Assembly: GCF_009914755.1 (NCBI RefSeq)
Contig: NC_060942.1
DNA: 64,000 nt
Source of the DNA: the human T2T-CHM13v2.0 reference genome, Homo sapiens
Reading direction: 5' to 3' (one strand)
The notes under the pieces are model-generated. The model was given only the letters and a program-made list of their open reading frames with translations. It made no database searches and was not told the DNA's origin. Positions 29,205 through 45,299 of the stretch are shown here, piece by piece. The first letter of the stretch is position 1. The number at the start of each line of letters is the position of its first letter. The translations under genes were made by a program, and so were the position numbers.

Positions 29205-29355
29205 TTTTCTTTTTTTTCTCTCTTTTTTTTCTCTCTCTTTCTCTCTTTTTTCTCTCCCTTCCTCTCTCCCTCCCTTCTTTCCTTACTTCCTCCCTCCCTC
29301 CCTCCCCTTTCCCTTTTCCATCCCTTTTCTCTCTCTCTCTCTCTTTGTCTCTCTT
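29205..29355. repeat. Polypyrimidine (CT-rich) tract
   Basis: About 150 bp almost purely C/T. Confidence 0.9.
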
Positions 29356-29684
29356 GAAGAGATTCTAGTAGCATGCAACCTATCCTTGGTATAAATTAAA
29401 ATGTGCTGCAGTGCAGATCCAGAACTCTAGGGACTAGCACTTTGCTGGCAAAATCAGCATATACTCTCCTAGATGGTTGTTGGGAACTTGGTTGCCACCA
29501 TGTGGTCCAAACAATCGTGCTTCAGCCCAAAGTGTGACAGGCAGGTTTCCCAGACAATAATGGAGACAAAATTTCCATTACAAAATGATGGTGACATCCT
29601 TAGAATGAATCTGCTTCACACCATGCATCCCTATTTGCCCAACTCACGTGAGAAGAAAACACACACCCAGAATATCTATAAGCC

Positions 29685-30045
29685 ACAGTGGCTTTATAAT
29701 GTGCCAATTTAGTTAGGCTGAACTCCATTTCCTATGTTTCTGGTTTGGCTGGGCCACAAAAGAGATTCTTATAGGAGGTTTGAAGGGCTAAAGGGAAGAA
29801 ACAGTCATTTAGTATCTTAAACACATTATCACTCTCTGCTGACTCACCTTGTTGTGAAACAATAGTTGGGCCTGCAACTGCCCTTCCTTCCCTGGAATCC
29901 TAGGCCAGGTGTGTATGTTTAGCTCTGTGATACAGGGCTCTGGCCTCTGCAGGATGCCCTCAAAGTCATAGGCAAGAACTCACATGAGTTTCAGTCTATC
30001 TTCATGGCCTCCAGCTCATGCTTGTACAATCGAACTTGTTCTTGC
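29685..30045 (+). mobile_element. ERVL-class LTR remnant (MLT2-like)
   Basis: GTGGCTTTATAATGTGCCAATTTAGTTAGGCTGAACT start resembles MLT2-type LTRs; adjoins ERVL pol. Confidence 0.45.
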
Positions 30046-30049
30046 TGTC

Positions 30050-31736
30050 TATCCCTGTGTCATAATCTAGCCCACAGAGACCTTGACTTTCACTTTCACA
30101 GGACACCATGTTGGTTCATCAAATGGATAGTATTATGCTTATTGAGCCCTGCAATCAGGAAGTAACCACTACTCTATACACATTAGTAAGACACTTGCAT
30201 GCTACAGAGTATAAAATAAATCCTATAAAAATTCAAGGGCCTACTTCCATGGTAAAATTTCTAAATGTCCAGTGGTCTGGAGCAGGTCAAAATATCTCTT
30301 TCAAGGTGAAGGATAAGTTGCTGCATCTTATCTCTTCTACTGCTAAGAAAGAGGCGCAATGCCTACAGAGCCTCTTTGTTTTTTTGAGGCAATATATACC
30401 TCATATGGGTGTGCTTTTCTGACCCATTTACTGAATGATACAAAAAACTGCTAATTTGGAATGGGGTTCAGGATAAGAGAAGGTTCTGCAACAGGTCTAG
30501 GCTGCCATGAAAACTACTCTGCCACTTGGGCCATCTGACCTAGCAGATTCAATAGTACTTGAAGTGTCTCTGGCAGATAGAGATGCTGTTTGGAGTCTTT
30601 GGCAAGCCCTTGTAGGTGAATCACTAAACAGACCCTCAGCATTTTGGAATAAAACCATATTATCTCTTCATGTAGCAACTCTTCTGTTGAGATACACATT
30701 TGTCACTTTCTACTGGGTCTTAGTAGAGACTGAATGCTTGACCCTGGGCCACAAAGTTACCATGCAACTGAGCTTCCCATCATAAACTGATACTGCCTTA
30801 TCACCCAAGCCATAAAATTGGGCATGCACAGAAGTTCTTCATTACCAAATAGAAGTGATATATATGAGATTGGGGTCAAGCAGGGCCCGAAAGCACAAGT
30901 AAGTTGCATGAGGAAGTGGCCCAGATGCCTATGACCCCTATTCCTACTACACTGTCTTCTCTCAACCTGTGGCCTCACAAGGAGCTCTCTATGACCAGCT
31001 CACTGAAGAAAATCTTGGTCTTGTATTTTACTGATAATTCTGCGTTATATTCAGGCACCATCAAAAATTATATGGCTGCTACACTGTAGCCCTATTCCAG
31101 ATGGCCCTGAAAAAAATAATGAAGGGAAATCTTCCCAGTGGCAAAACGTTGGGCAGTGCCCAGAAGGAGAGACAGCAAGAGTTATGTGTTCATACCAATT
31201 CATGGACTATGAATGGTTTAGCTGGTTGGTCAGGGACTTAGAAATAACATGAATGGAAAATTTGTTATAACAACCTCTGGGGAAGAGGCATGTGGGTAGA
31301 CTTATCTGAATGTGCACCCAGTATGGAATATTTGTGACCCATGTTAATGCTTACCAAAGGGTGATCCCAGAAGAGTAGGATTTTAATAGTCATGCAGATA
31401 GAATGACCTGTTCTGTGTGTAACAGTCAGCTCCCTTCCCTACTCATTGCTGTCATTGTCTAATATGTTCATCAACAAAGTGGCCATGGTGGCAGGGATGG
31501 AGGGTATACATAGGCTCAGCAACATGCACTCCCACTCACCAAGGATGACCTGGCTAGGACCACTGCTGAGTGCTCAATCTGCCAGTAGCAAGGACCAACA
31601 CTGACATGGCATCATTCCCCAGGGTGACCAGCCAGCTACCTGGAGGCAGGTTGATTACATTGGCTTAATTCCATCATGGAAGGTGTAGCACATTGTTCTT
31701 ACTGGAAAAGACATTCACCCTCTATATGAATTTGCC
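30050..31736 (+). mobile_element. ERVL (HERVL/ERVL-B4-like) internal pol remnant: RT, RNase H, start of integrase
   Basis: ORF 30108-30422 LVHQMDSIMLI…KINPIKIQGP…VKDKLLHL…KKEAQ matches HERVL RT (LVHYIDDIMLI…); integrase WQVDYIG-like DNA near 31640; many stops. Confidence 0.88.
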
Positions 31737-32092
31737 ACGGGTGATAGATAAGTTAAAAAAATTCTAAACATCAACAAAAGTCATAAATTTAGTGCATTTT
31801 GATGCCTTTTACCTGTAGATAAGAGCCCACTGAAAAGTTACAATTTTATGTACAATTAAAAAACAAAACACAAGGTTGGTTATTGTATGTCTATGTTCAT
31901 ATCATGTCAGAATGTTCAAATTAGGAAGCAGGAAAGTAAGACTCCCAGGGTAGTTTGGATTAAATTGTACTAACAAACAGTCTCAAACTCCTGATTGCCT
32001 AACACAACATTTCTTTCTCTTTGCTGTCATTGTAAGTTGTCTGGGGGCTCTGATTCAGGGCCCTGGTTGACAAATCACCCACCTCTGATTGA

Positions 32093-32142
32093 TCACAAAT
32101 ATCCCATACTGGGTGCACATTCAGATAAGTATATCCACATGC
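32093..32142 (-). repeat. 50-bp inverted copy of 31288-31337
   Basis: 47/50 identical to the reverse complement of the ERVL segment about 755 bp upstream. Confidence 0.92.
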
Positions 32143-33888
32143 TGCCAGTTATGACAGCAGAGAGAAAAACTGATGGGGTGGTCTTATATTCAGATAAAAA
32201 TGACAGGTCCAGGCAACATGCCTTCAACCCCAAGGGAGCCAGAAAAGTCAACGCTATCAAAGCCAAAAAATTTTTGGTGGTCAGAACTAATGAGTACTCC
32301 AGAGGTGAGAGAATGTGGTAGCTGTTAGGGTCCCTCACAGCACTGAAGAATGACAATTACTTGTGAAGGAAGAAACAAAGAAGAGGCTAGAAGTCAAGGT
32401 GTAAGACTGGGACCATATAGTTTAGGGACAGATGGTTAGACACACAGACTTGAGTTACTCATTGCTTTCCAGCACAGTGTAGAAAAGGATGCTCAGATAA
32501 GCTTGTAGTCATCAAGGAAAGGTAACATTGTGTTGTGTACATTCTTTAAGAAGGTTTGGGCATTTATGTGACATTAGAATTATTTCCATACCAAATCCCT
32601 AAAATGTTGATATTCTATATGTAAAGGGACACTATGTTCAGGTCTTTATTCTGCAAAGATTCCTTATAGTGAAGACACAATGGAATTATTACTGGTTTTG
32701 TCATTATCATAGTCACTGTACCCCCACTGCACCTTGTCTCTAAGTGAATTAAGACACAAGAAGCAAAGGGAAAAGCCACAGATTTCTTGGAGAATATACG
32801 CTCATTTAAGTCTGTCAGTTGGCTATTTTCAGCTGTATCAGAAGAGAATGTGTTGGGATGACATGCATCCCTGGATAAGATTGTTTTGAACAATATGAGA
32901 AATCAGTGGCATTCAGGCCAAATTAAATCTAATTTACTCTACAAATTGCCAAACTATCAGTCCTATTAAATCTGTTTATTAAAAGGCAGGAGAGTCGGCC
33001 TGGGTCGCAAGCTGTGGCTGAGATAATAAGACAAAGATGAAGCCCACTAATGTAGATAAATCATGTTTGATTTCCAGGCCAGAGGTAGCCAATGAGAGGG
33101 CTTTCACCTCACCTCCCCTGTCATCCAGAGGTGTCTGTGAGCCAGTCGGCCTGTCCCCAGAGTCAGGCCATACTGACTGATTTCCATGGCACTAGAAGGC
33201 CCATGTCATTGCCCCCAATCTGGGGTCATTCATAAAACCAACTTTATTTCTCTCGAGTTATTCATTCTACAAAGTACAATTTAAGCAGGTCTTTATGATT
33301 TACGGCTGAGTGGGATAAGTAGGGTAGAGTGGTAGATAATGATGGTGGCAGTGGCAGGGCTGGGAGGTTGGGATTGAATACTTCTAAGTACTGAAGTGTA
33401 AATAGGGCAGGTAATAGTAGACCTTTATTCCCAAATTACTTGGAGTGATCCACAAAATCTAGTAAGGTTTAGGGTTGTATTTCATATCTTAATAATGTGG
33501 GCATATACATAAAATGAGGGAAAAAGGCCAAGGCTAATTAAGGTCTTATTCTTTAACAAAATTAAGCTTTGTTTATAATGCTCACCTGCTTGAAATGCCC
33601 TATCTCAGGGTCTGCAGGTGCTAAATTCTAATCCTCCTTGGAGGTCTGGCCTAAATCTCCTCTCCTTTTAAGAAGCCCTCCTTTAATATTCCAGTCCTTA
33701 GCTTTTCTTCTATAGAACTTCTGCCCCAGTGAATATTAATAACACTTGGCTTGACAATTATCACATTGTACTTTGATGAGTCTCTTTTACAAAATGTTTC
33801 CCTGAAATTTCAAAATAAATATGTGGAGAGATCCAGTAACTTGCCCAAGATCTCACAATTAGTAATTAATGCTTGTTCCTAAACTCTA

Positions 33889-34672
<784 letters not shown>

Positions 34673-35929
34673 ACTTGTATGGTTTGGTTACAATTTTATG
34701 CAATCCGGGGCTTGGTCCAGAAAACCTCTGGAGCAAAGTTGAGGTGGGAGAAGAGAGGGAAGAAAATTGCTCACAGTAATCCAAAGGCTTTATTAGTCTG
34801 TAATTAGGAGTGAAGACATGAAGCCAAGTGAGGGAAAATTTAAGCTGAATTGCAAGAAAAAACTAGTCCCTAACAATGAAGAGTATTCAACTGTGGAGGA
34901 AAATGACAGAGACAGAGCAGCGGTAGTCACTCATAATTTCTTTATTGGTAATTTGCTCTCTATATTTTGGATGAAATACATATCTGGGAAGAATGCCAAG
35001 CCATGCAAAGGGTGCCCTTTAACCGGCATTCAGGGTGATAGCATTAATGGCTCTGGGAGAAGAAAATGAGATAATCTTGAGAACTAGCTGAGAATGAGAA
35101 GTCCAAAGAGCAAGATGTTCTCTTAGTTTCAGGCTCCGGTGCTGCACATCATTTGAGCTACTCAGAGTTGGGGACTTGCATCACTGGAGCAGAAACCAGT
35201 GATCTCTCGTCTTGCTCCCAATATCTCCAGGGGGCATCTCTTACTGCCTCCAACCTTAGAAAAACCTGAATTTTCAGAGTATCAGTAGTCTAGGCAATGA
35301 GAATTTAAAATGTTACTCTATTTTATGTAATACATTTATTTTAGGAGAAAAAAAGCTTGAGGTGAGCTTTTTGAAATGAATTAAACATACACAAACTGCT
35401 TTGCATCACCCTCTGGTAAGACTTTTTAATGAAAACAAAACTTTGTTGCTCCCTATGTAGTGTATGAAGCAGCAGCTCATTCTTCCTGTAGTCTCTCACC
35501 CAGGTGGATCTTGGTAGGCTGCTATTTTCATGTCACCTCTTTGTTCATATTCTTTCCAAGGACTTCTACAATCTGTTCTCAACTTACCTTTGTAGCCATA
35601 TTTGCACTACTTGTATCTTCTATTTCAGTTTTCTGGTGTGTTTAATGTTTACTCAACATACACATGTGCACATACATGCGCAAGAACAAACACACTCACA
35701 TATGTATGAACTCAAGAGCATGCACACACTCAATGGAAAGAACCTTTTTTTCTTCCATTTAACATCTTGGGAGTCTGGTGTTTCTGGGAATATAATCTGA
35801 GAAAATGCTTCGTTTGTTTTTAAACTTAATCTACTCGTTCTTCAAACCCATTTTCCCCCTTCTGCTAAAATGACCCATGTGCATTTTGTCACCCCTCTTT
35901 TTCTACCTGGAACCCATCTTCACTCACTT

Positions 35930-36215
35930 CAGTGTATGAGAAATCTAATTGCCTTTCAAGACTCAAGTCCAGCACCACTACTACAAAATGCCCTTTCTAA
36001 CCTTCTCAGCAGAAAGGAATCTTACCTTTCTATCAAATTGCGCTGCCCCTTGAATAACACAAGAATGCTCAACCGATCTGCCTCCTACTGCAGGTCTTTG
36101 AATTCATGCTTTATCTCCTTTACTAGGATGTACTTTCTCAAAGTTGAGGATCATCTCTTACATTGCTTCACACTTCCCCCTGTACCTAGCAGGGTCTTTC
36201 TTACTGAGCAGGTGC
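35930..36215 (+). mobile_element. L2 fragment
   Basis: CCTTTCAAGACTCAAG…TCTCCTTTACTAG…GTACCTAGCA…GAGCAGGTGCCCAGAAA. Confidence 0.6.
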
Positions 36216-36233
36216 CCAGAAAGTACTCTTTTT

Positions 36234-36537
<304 letters not shown>

Positions 36538-37113
36538 AGAAAGTACCCTTTTTAGAGAAGAAATTAATTAATAATCGGAAAATTGATTTTTTTGAATAAA
36601 TCATTTCTCCACCTAGGAGATGCTCTGCTTGATCCTTCTTCCAAGTCTCATTAGACCCTGTGATTCCCTTAAAACAAAATATAAGGTCAATTCATTAGGT
36701 CACCACTGGTCGTCAACATGTTCCTGCTCCTACTGAGTTCCTTCTTTCTACTGCACCACTATTCAAGTTGAATCTTCCTTCTAAAGTGGTTGTCTCTTGA
36801 CTGGCTCTTTAGCACTGGCCAAGCCCTGCCTTTTCCAGGAATCCTCTTCTGGCCATCCCAGTTTTGATAGACACTCGGGTTCCCTGAATTATTATTGTAA
36901 TTGCAATTAAGCTTCACAGTGCATCATTTAACTATTTTCTGTTTTAAGAATGTTGTTTTTGTTTCTGCGACTACCATAAATTAATTGAGAGATATATAGA
37001 ATAGTGACAAAAGGCTTGAACACTGGAGTCAGCTGCTGCTTGGCACCTGATTCTGATACTTATTAGCTGTGGGATCTTGGGCAAGTACTGAAACCCTATA
37101 ACCCTCACTTTCC

Positions 37114-37885
<772 letters not shown>

Positions 37886-38059
37886 TAAATGAGTATGTGT
37901 AAAGCACTTAGATCAATGCCAGTTATATATAAGCACTGTATATGTATATACTATTATTATTTTTATCAGAGTATAGGCTGATTGTTGCTGTTTCTCCATC
38001 TTCTCTTTCAAGTACACAGTGAAGTGCCAGACACATATGTAACTAATATGTTTCATGCA

Positions 38060-38755
38060 CTTTATTTATGCAACAAATATTTATTAATCACCTTCTAGGT
38101 GTCAGGTTAATTCTAAGGGCTCAAGATACAGAAGAAAACCAAAGAGACAATGCCCTGCTTTCAAATAATTTATATTTTATTGGTGGAAGATAAGTAATAA
38201 TTGTGTAATGTTTAACATATTACATGTAATTGTAACTGTGTGTATAACTGTGTATTTAATATGTTATATAGTACATATAGTCATATAGACCATTGCAATA
38301 GCACATTTTTAAAAGTATATATGTATATAGAGTATGTAATAATATATAGTATATGATGTAGTATGTAATGATGCAAGTGACTACATAAGCTATGAAGGAA
38401 AATATAGCAATGTAAAAGGGAATGAAGTGAAGGGGCCTATTTTATACAGGGTAGTGAGGGAAGACCTGTCTGATAAGGTGACGCTTGATAGGAAACCCAA
38501 AAGAGATAGCCATATGATAACTGGTGGAAGAGTGTTCCAGGTAGAGAGAACTGGAGTTCACACAGCCTCTAAAGTTGGAAAGTGTTTTGTCTTGTTTGAG
38601 TAATGGCAGAGAAGCCAGTGTGGATTGAGCAGGCAAGGCAAAGGGGAAGAGTAGTGAGAAGTAAGATTAGGACCTAGGAGGAGTTTAGAGCATACAGGGC
38701 TCCTAGATCATGGCAAGAATTATAAATTTGACTGAATGGGATAGGAAACTATTAA
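38060..38755 (-). mobile_element. L2 (L2a-like) with AT-rich insertion
   Basis: CAACAAATATTTATT…; GGAAGAGTGTTCCAGGTAGAGAGAAC…AGAAGCCAGTGTGG. Confidence 0.75.
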
Positions 38756-38759
38756 CTTG

Positions 38760-41700
38760 CTGTGTCAGTTATCTGTTGCTGCAAAACAAACCACCCCAAA
38801 TATAGTGGTCTAAAACAGTGACCATTTTATTATTGCCCACAAGTTTGCAAACTAGGTGAGACATTCTAAAGTCATATGCCAAGTCAGCTGGGTGTGGATG
38901 ATCCTGGATGGCCTCACTTACACATCTTACAGTTGGTGGACTTGTTGGTCTAGGCAGGCTTCATCTGTGATCACACATCTCTGTTCCAGGTAGCCTCTCA
39001 TCTTCCAATAAATAAGACTGGGCTCTTCACCTGGCAGCCATAGTATTCTGATCAGTTGGGTCACTGAAAAAAATTAAAATCTCTGATTTGTAGCATTTGC
39101 TAATGTTTTTTGTGTAAATATTCCAACCATGGTTGACTTCAAGCAACCAATGGTTTAACGATCAATGTATTAAATTCCTGAATATCTAACTAATCTATTG
39201 TAATTATGAAACTAAACCAGGCACATGGTGTTAGCCTTCTTTTGTTTGGGGCCAGAGATACTTCTCAATTAGGGAACAATTCTGCTTCTGTTGGTAGTTT
39301 CTTTGTCTATTTTTTTTTTAACTGCAGGTGTAGCTCATCCCTCTGGGCTCTATTGTGAACTGTCTCTGGTAAACTTAGTACAAGCTAATCAAATTCCTTT
39401 AAAAAACTTGTGGGTTTCTTAAGTATAAGATTAATTTCTTGTCATTATATGTGAGAAAAGCCACATTCACACTTATTTTTGAGATAAACCTCTCTCTATT
39501 TGGGGCATGTTAGGCTGGTGAGGGGCCCAACCTTTAAATTCATGGAAGACATGTGTTCTACCAGAGAGGATCTGTTAGGTGCCACTTCTACCTTTCTGAA
39601 GTTTTAATGAATGCTGTTACAGCTACACTCTTGAATTGGTATTTACACAGAGACTGTTTCTTTCTTTAAGAATCTTTGTCTGGCTAGAGAAACTGAGGAT
39701 AAAAGATAGTTTCATTTTCCAGTCTGCCATATGCTGCCTTCCATATGCCTGTCAAATTTGCTGACAAACAGAACGGTCTTTCTTTAGCTTATTCTTTCTT
39801 GCAACACATTATCATACACAGCTAGAAAGATCCAACTGATATTTTTAACATTCTAGCTTGATATTGCTTTAGTCAGAATCACAAATTCATTAAGTACATT
39901 TTCTATGTTCCAAGTCCTTGCCAACAATATTTTTGTCAATTGTTCTGCCACTATATGTCATAAGTTTCTCTATTTTTTTTTCCAGATTCTATCTGTTTCC
40001 CAGTTCCCTAGCCAGTGACATGTGTTTTAGTATTTAATATGACAGTATCTCACTTCTGGTATTAACCTCTCTTTCAGTTATTTAATGTATATAAAACCAG
40101 TGCAAATCATAGTAGCTTAAAATAACAATAATTTTATTTACTTTTGATTCTGTGGTCCAGGAATTTTGGACGGAATCAAGTGGATATTTCTTATACTAGT
40201 TTTTCTTGGGGTCTCTGTTATGGCTATAGTAATATGACAAGTTACATCAGGCTGAATGATCTTAGATGGTTTCACATATCTGGTAGATGGCTAGAGACGT
40301 CACCTGGGCCACATGTTTCCAATACAAGAGTCAGATGCTTCATATGATAGCAACAACATTTTAAGAGCACCATCTTCAATGGACAAGCACTTTCAAACTG
40401 CTGCATCATGTTTGTTGATATCCCATTGGTCAAAGAAGTCAAATAACCAACTCCAGAGTTTATGTGTGAAGGGACAATATAAGGTTGTGATGGATATCAG
40501 GGATATGGGGAACATTACTAGTTTACTGAAGTACCTACAAGCAAGGTGTATTGCAACAAAAATGCTAAACATGTGGCATTGGCTTTGGGATTGGACAGCA
40601 AGAGAGGTCTAGACACGTGGGAATAAATCTTCTGATGAAATCTGAAGAAAAGTGAATGAAAGAGTTAAGGCTGAAAAAATGTTGAGAAAGTGATTTTAGA
40701 TGCTTAAAAACTTGTGGTCTATGAAGTTATAAAATATTGGCCAAAATATCACCTGTGGTAACTTGGAAGATTGAAAAGGTACCTGATGACCTTGTGGATT
40801 TGGCTAAGTATAATTACAAACAGAATTTTAACAGTGTCAACTTGCTTCTTTTAACTATGTATAAGATATAGGAAGAAAGAGATGAGCTGAAATCATGACT
40901 ATTTAATTTTTAAGTAAAATTTTGATGAAATGTAGAGGAGTTAGGACTTGTTAGGCTGGAAAACAAAGCTGTGTCACATCTCCAGTTTCTCAGCTGACCA
41001 ATGATTCTCAAAGTGAAAAGTGCCTCAGTAAAGCTCAAAGAGTTTGTAAAATTCTATAATGACCTCAAAAATATTTAAGGCAGTGTTTTCTATAACTTTA
41101 CTAAGAAAAAGCATACATACTTCAAGTGAGCTATCTCACAGTAGTCTGACACACCCAAGTTTTGGAAATGTTTGTTTTAAAAAGAATTCTAAATGTGGCT
41201 TTGGGGCATTGGTTGAAGATCAATAAGATTTCTAAGAAACCCCAAAGGTTTTTCAAAGGATTGCATTATTAAAATTAGTGAAGCACTGCCAGTTTGGACT
41301 CAGAGAGGTTGAGATAATTCAAAATAAAAAGACAGCTCTGAACCCCAAACTTCAAAGGGTGGGAAGCAGAACCATATCCTAGTTACAGTCCAGCAGAGCT
41401 GGGTCCCAGTTAAGAAACATTTCTAATCCTCAAAGAAGTAGTTGTGCCCAGATGGGTTTCAGAATTATCTCAGTCCCTTTTAGTCCAAGAGTCTCTCTCC
41501 TATCCCACATCAATCCTAACTACTGCAATTGCATTATTACTGTCTTTTTGCTTTTGCCCTATTTCTCTGTGTTATAGTCTCCATACAGTAGCCCAAGAAA
41601 TTCTTTTATAACTTAAGTTAGATTATACCACAATTTTGCTTAAAATATGTGTTAGTTATCCATTGTTGCAAAACAAACCATTCCTGAACCTAGGGGCTTA

Positions 41701-42090
41701 AAGCATCAACCATTCTATTTGTGGGTCGGAAATCTGTGTTGAGCTCAGCTGGATGATTCTTCTGCTGGTCTCACTTGGTCTCACTGTGGCTGTACTCATC
41801 TGACGGCTAATTGGGGCTTGATTGTTTTGGGTAGCTTCTCACATCTGTTTTTTTGTTTTTGCTGTCAGCTGGGCCATATATCTTCAAACAAATGATTCTG
41901 GACCTTTTAATATGATGGTGGCTGGATTACAAGAAAGTAAGCTCCATTTTGCAAGTTTTTCAAGTTTTGTATCATGTTTATTGATGTCATGTTGGCCAAA
42001 GAAAATTACATGTCAAAGCGAAAAATTAATATGGAAGGACACTAGAAAGGAGCAAGAAAACCAGGATGCATGATTCACAACAATCTATTT
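38760..42090. mobile_element. Cluster of old MLT1 LTRs and MaLR internal sequence in mixed orientation, with a probable hAT (MER63-like) insert at ~39055-39220
   Basis: LTR motifs AACCACCCCAAA…GTGG(T)CTAAAAC at ~38790, 40110 and 41680; MaLR-internal-like CTAAACATGTGGCATTGGCTTTGGGA at ~40565. Confidence 0.6.
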
Positions 42091-42094
42091 TAGT

Positions 42095-42510
42095 TGTCTT
42101 AGTCTGTTTCATGTTGCTATAACAGAACACCTGAGACTGTAAATTTATAAAAAAAAAAAAAAGAAATTTTTTTCACTCACAATTCTGGAGGTTAAGTCCA
42201 AGATAGGACAACCCATGTGGTGAGGGCCTTTTGCTGTTCCAACTCATGGCAGAAAGGGAAGTTGGTGCATGCAAAAAGACTCACAGGAGAGGCTGGATTC
42301 ACTTACAACAATCCACTCTCTCAATAACTAATTCATTCCTGTGAAAGTGAAAATTAACTCACTCCTTAGAGACAGCATTAATCTATTCAAGAGGGAAGTG
42401 ATCTTATGATCCAAACACTTCCCACTAGGCCCCATATCCCAACACCACCACATTGGGAATCAAATTCAACATGAGTTTTGGCAGGGGCAAACCACATTTA
42501 AACCATTGCA
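42095..42510 (-). mobile_element. MSTB/MSTC-like LTR
   Basis: TGTCTTAGTCTGTTTCATGTTGCTATAACAGAACACCTGAGACT…CAACATGAGTTTTGG…AAACCATTGCA. Confidence 0.82.
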
Positions 42511-45299
42511 ACAGTCTATCCTCTGGCCCCAGTAATTCATGGCTCTCCCATACAAAAATAAACTCACTCTTTCTAATATCTTAAAAGTTTCATTTAATCA
42601 CAGAACATGGCTGGGAGTCCATAATATTATGATCTGCCTTAAGTACAAATGTCTATGGGAGTCCTTACTTATATTATCTCAGCTGTATTCTCGATTCAGA
42701 GAAATGTGAACTAAAAAGACTAAAAATTTGCATATGGTCTCAGAATACAGGCAATAGAGTGGAAGCAGAAACACACACATTAAACAAACAAACAAACCAC
42801 AGACCTTGGTTAAAAGTGAAGGGAAAGGGACTAGCTAAGAAGGGCTCAAGGGAAAGAACAAAGGGAGGGACAAGACCTCGGTATGTTGGAGTGTCCAAGA
42901 AGTCTTGAGTTGATCCTTGAGGAATTTTATCAAGGAGGGGAGCACTGTGTGTAATGATTCTGAACCTATCCATGATGTGTGCACAGGACTCAGAAGCAGA
43001 GGAACTTGTCATGATGGGGAATACCTTGGTCTAGTTGTGGGCTTATGTTAGTGGTAAAATAAAATTTATTTTTTTAGCACATTGGAGGCAGTTTCCCTTA
43101 AGTGCATTGGCCATATTTTTCCAGCTGGTGTTCTTTGTACTTGGTTTTATGGTGGCACAGGACATAGGACATAGTGACTATCTTAGAAAACAGTCATGTG
43201 ATACCATGCTCACAGGCATGCTAAGGGCAAGGCAAAAGCTAGAAAGATCATTTTTAAGGCTGAGAAGAGGTTGGATGTGTGTTCTGCACAGGCAAAAATT
43301 ATGGCTTAGTCACAGGGTAGGCAAAGAGGCTTCTGAGAATGCTATTAACCTCCTGAAGAGGCTACGTTCCTTCAGTGGTTAATCAAAGAAGCCAGGGAAC
43401 CATTCAGAATGAGGAAGGTTGCATATGCATTGGGGTGGGTCATTAACCTTCTTTCTTCTAATACTATAATATTAAATAGCAATTAGAGCATCATATCTTT
43501 ATTTTCTGCCCCACTCTTTGGGCCCCTTGAAATCATCCTGTATTTTAGCCTTTATGGGACTTGATAATACAGCCAAGAATTGCAAACCCACTAGATTGTG
43601 AAGTTGGGGAACTTTTGGGGGGAAATCGCATGAAGGGCACATTTTTTACTGCAGTAACACAATTATCTTCAAAGAGATTTCAAAAACTGCCTCATAAATG
43701 TAACAACCCAATCACATCCTGATTGTTTAATGGGGAGATATGAAAATTCAGTTGACAGAGCTGACACTTCCAGGAGGGTATTTCCATATGAAATAGGCAC
43801 TAAAGCCATCTCTAGGAGAAAAGGCCCATGTGAGCACATTGTGTGCTGGACTCCATGAGGCTCATCCTGACCCACTGACCCTCTCACTGGCCCTACACAC
43901 ACCTAGATCACACCGCAGCTGCTGAGCTGCCTGCCTCAAACCTTTTTCAAGTGCGAGTCCCTGTCAGACTAGCAGACTAGCTCTGTGAGTCTCTCAAAAT
44001 TCAGATTAATTTTTTCCTCCTTCAGAAAAACCCCCCTTGGTTCTCCAGCCCATTCGCATCCCTTCTTTTGCTAATTCCTATGGCATTTAAAACTTAAGCC
44101 TTGTAATTAAACTCTGAATTATAGCCCATTCTGTTAGTATTAATAATATGATTTTAACATGACATGTGTTAGGCATTATTGCCTCAAGTACACAAAGCTC
44201 ATATCCCAAGCAGCAAGGCATAATGAAAAGAGCTTGTTAAGAATAACTTTGATGGTAGACATTTCTGACATTATATTGGGTCTTTAGGGGTTATATTTGG
44301 GCTAGGGTTCCCTTAGATGGCATTTCTATCTCAAGAACAGCTTGCATCTGTACATTAGTTTGTGTATATGCCTGTAAGCACTTGTTTGTATTAACCAATC
44401 ATTACTCTAGGGAAGTGCTTTGGATTAAATTTAAGTCTAACATATATGTTGTTAAATTGTGTGTTTTGTGGAGAGGTGGTCAGGGAGTGAAGGAAGAAAT
44501 TACACAAATGAATCTGAAATCACATTTGAGATTCTGACTTCTCTGTGTGTACTTCTTGTGAATTCCTAACAAACAGACACTCCCTTGTGGGCACAGGGTC
44601 TGTGAGTGTACAGACCTGTTTCTAATGCGAGCGTCCACATGGTATGGGTGTGGCACTTTGGTCAAATCACACAGTCCTTTGCCTTTAGATGCCATACACT
44701 CAAAACAGTGCAAAATAATTGCTTCTAGAATGATGCTCATAATCAGAGGATGAATAAGATGATCCACTGAGGTGTGGAAAGAGAACATCAGAAACTTGTA
44801 TTAGTGAAAGGATGAAATGAGTAACATTCAATTTTTTAGTTTGTCATAAGAGCCCTTTCTTTTGGTGCTTAAGCCAGACAGTTCATGACTCACAGTGAGT
44901 TGAGGTGTCTGGAGGGGAGGGTGAAGGTTCCATAATGCAGAGTTTGGTGGGGCATGACCACTCTTTCTTTTGCTCTCTTGTGGTTCATATGCATCCAGGT
45001 AAAGTGAATTTGTAAATTATATAATCTTGTTTTAATTAAAACAAACTTCAAACAATAGCCAAGTGGCTTCTGATATTCCTGTAAGAAACTGTAGACCGAA
45101 GATAACTCTCACAATGCCAGCCCACGAGAATTGTCTCATTAGGAAATGGTGGAGCCAACACTTCTCCTCTTTCTTTTCCTCAGCCCCATTGCCAGATAGA
45201 AGCAAGGGCTACCTACTTAGATCTGGAGAGGGGTCAGCCAGTGAGCAGGAAATAACTCCATTTGAAAGTGCATGGTTAGAAAGGAGGTTTCCAATCTGA

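Noticed and set aside
30108-31089. ERVL pol as a domesticated gene
   Set aside because: The YIDD motif has decayed to QMDS and the frame is broken by many stops and frameshifts.
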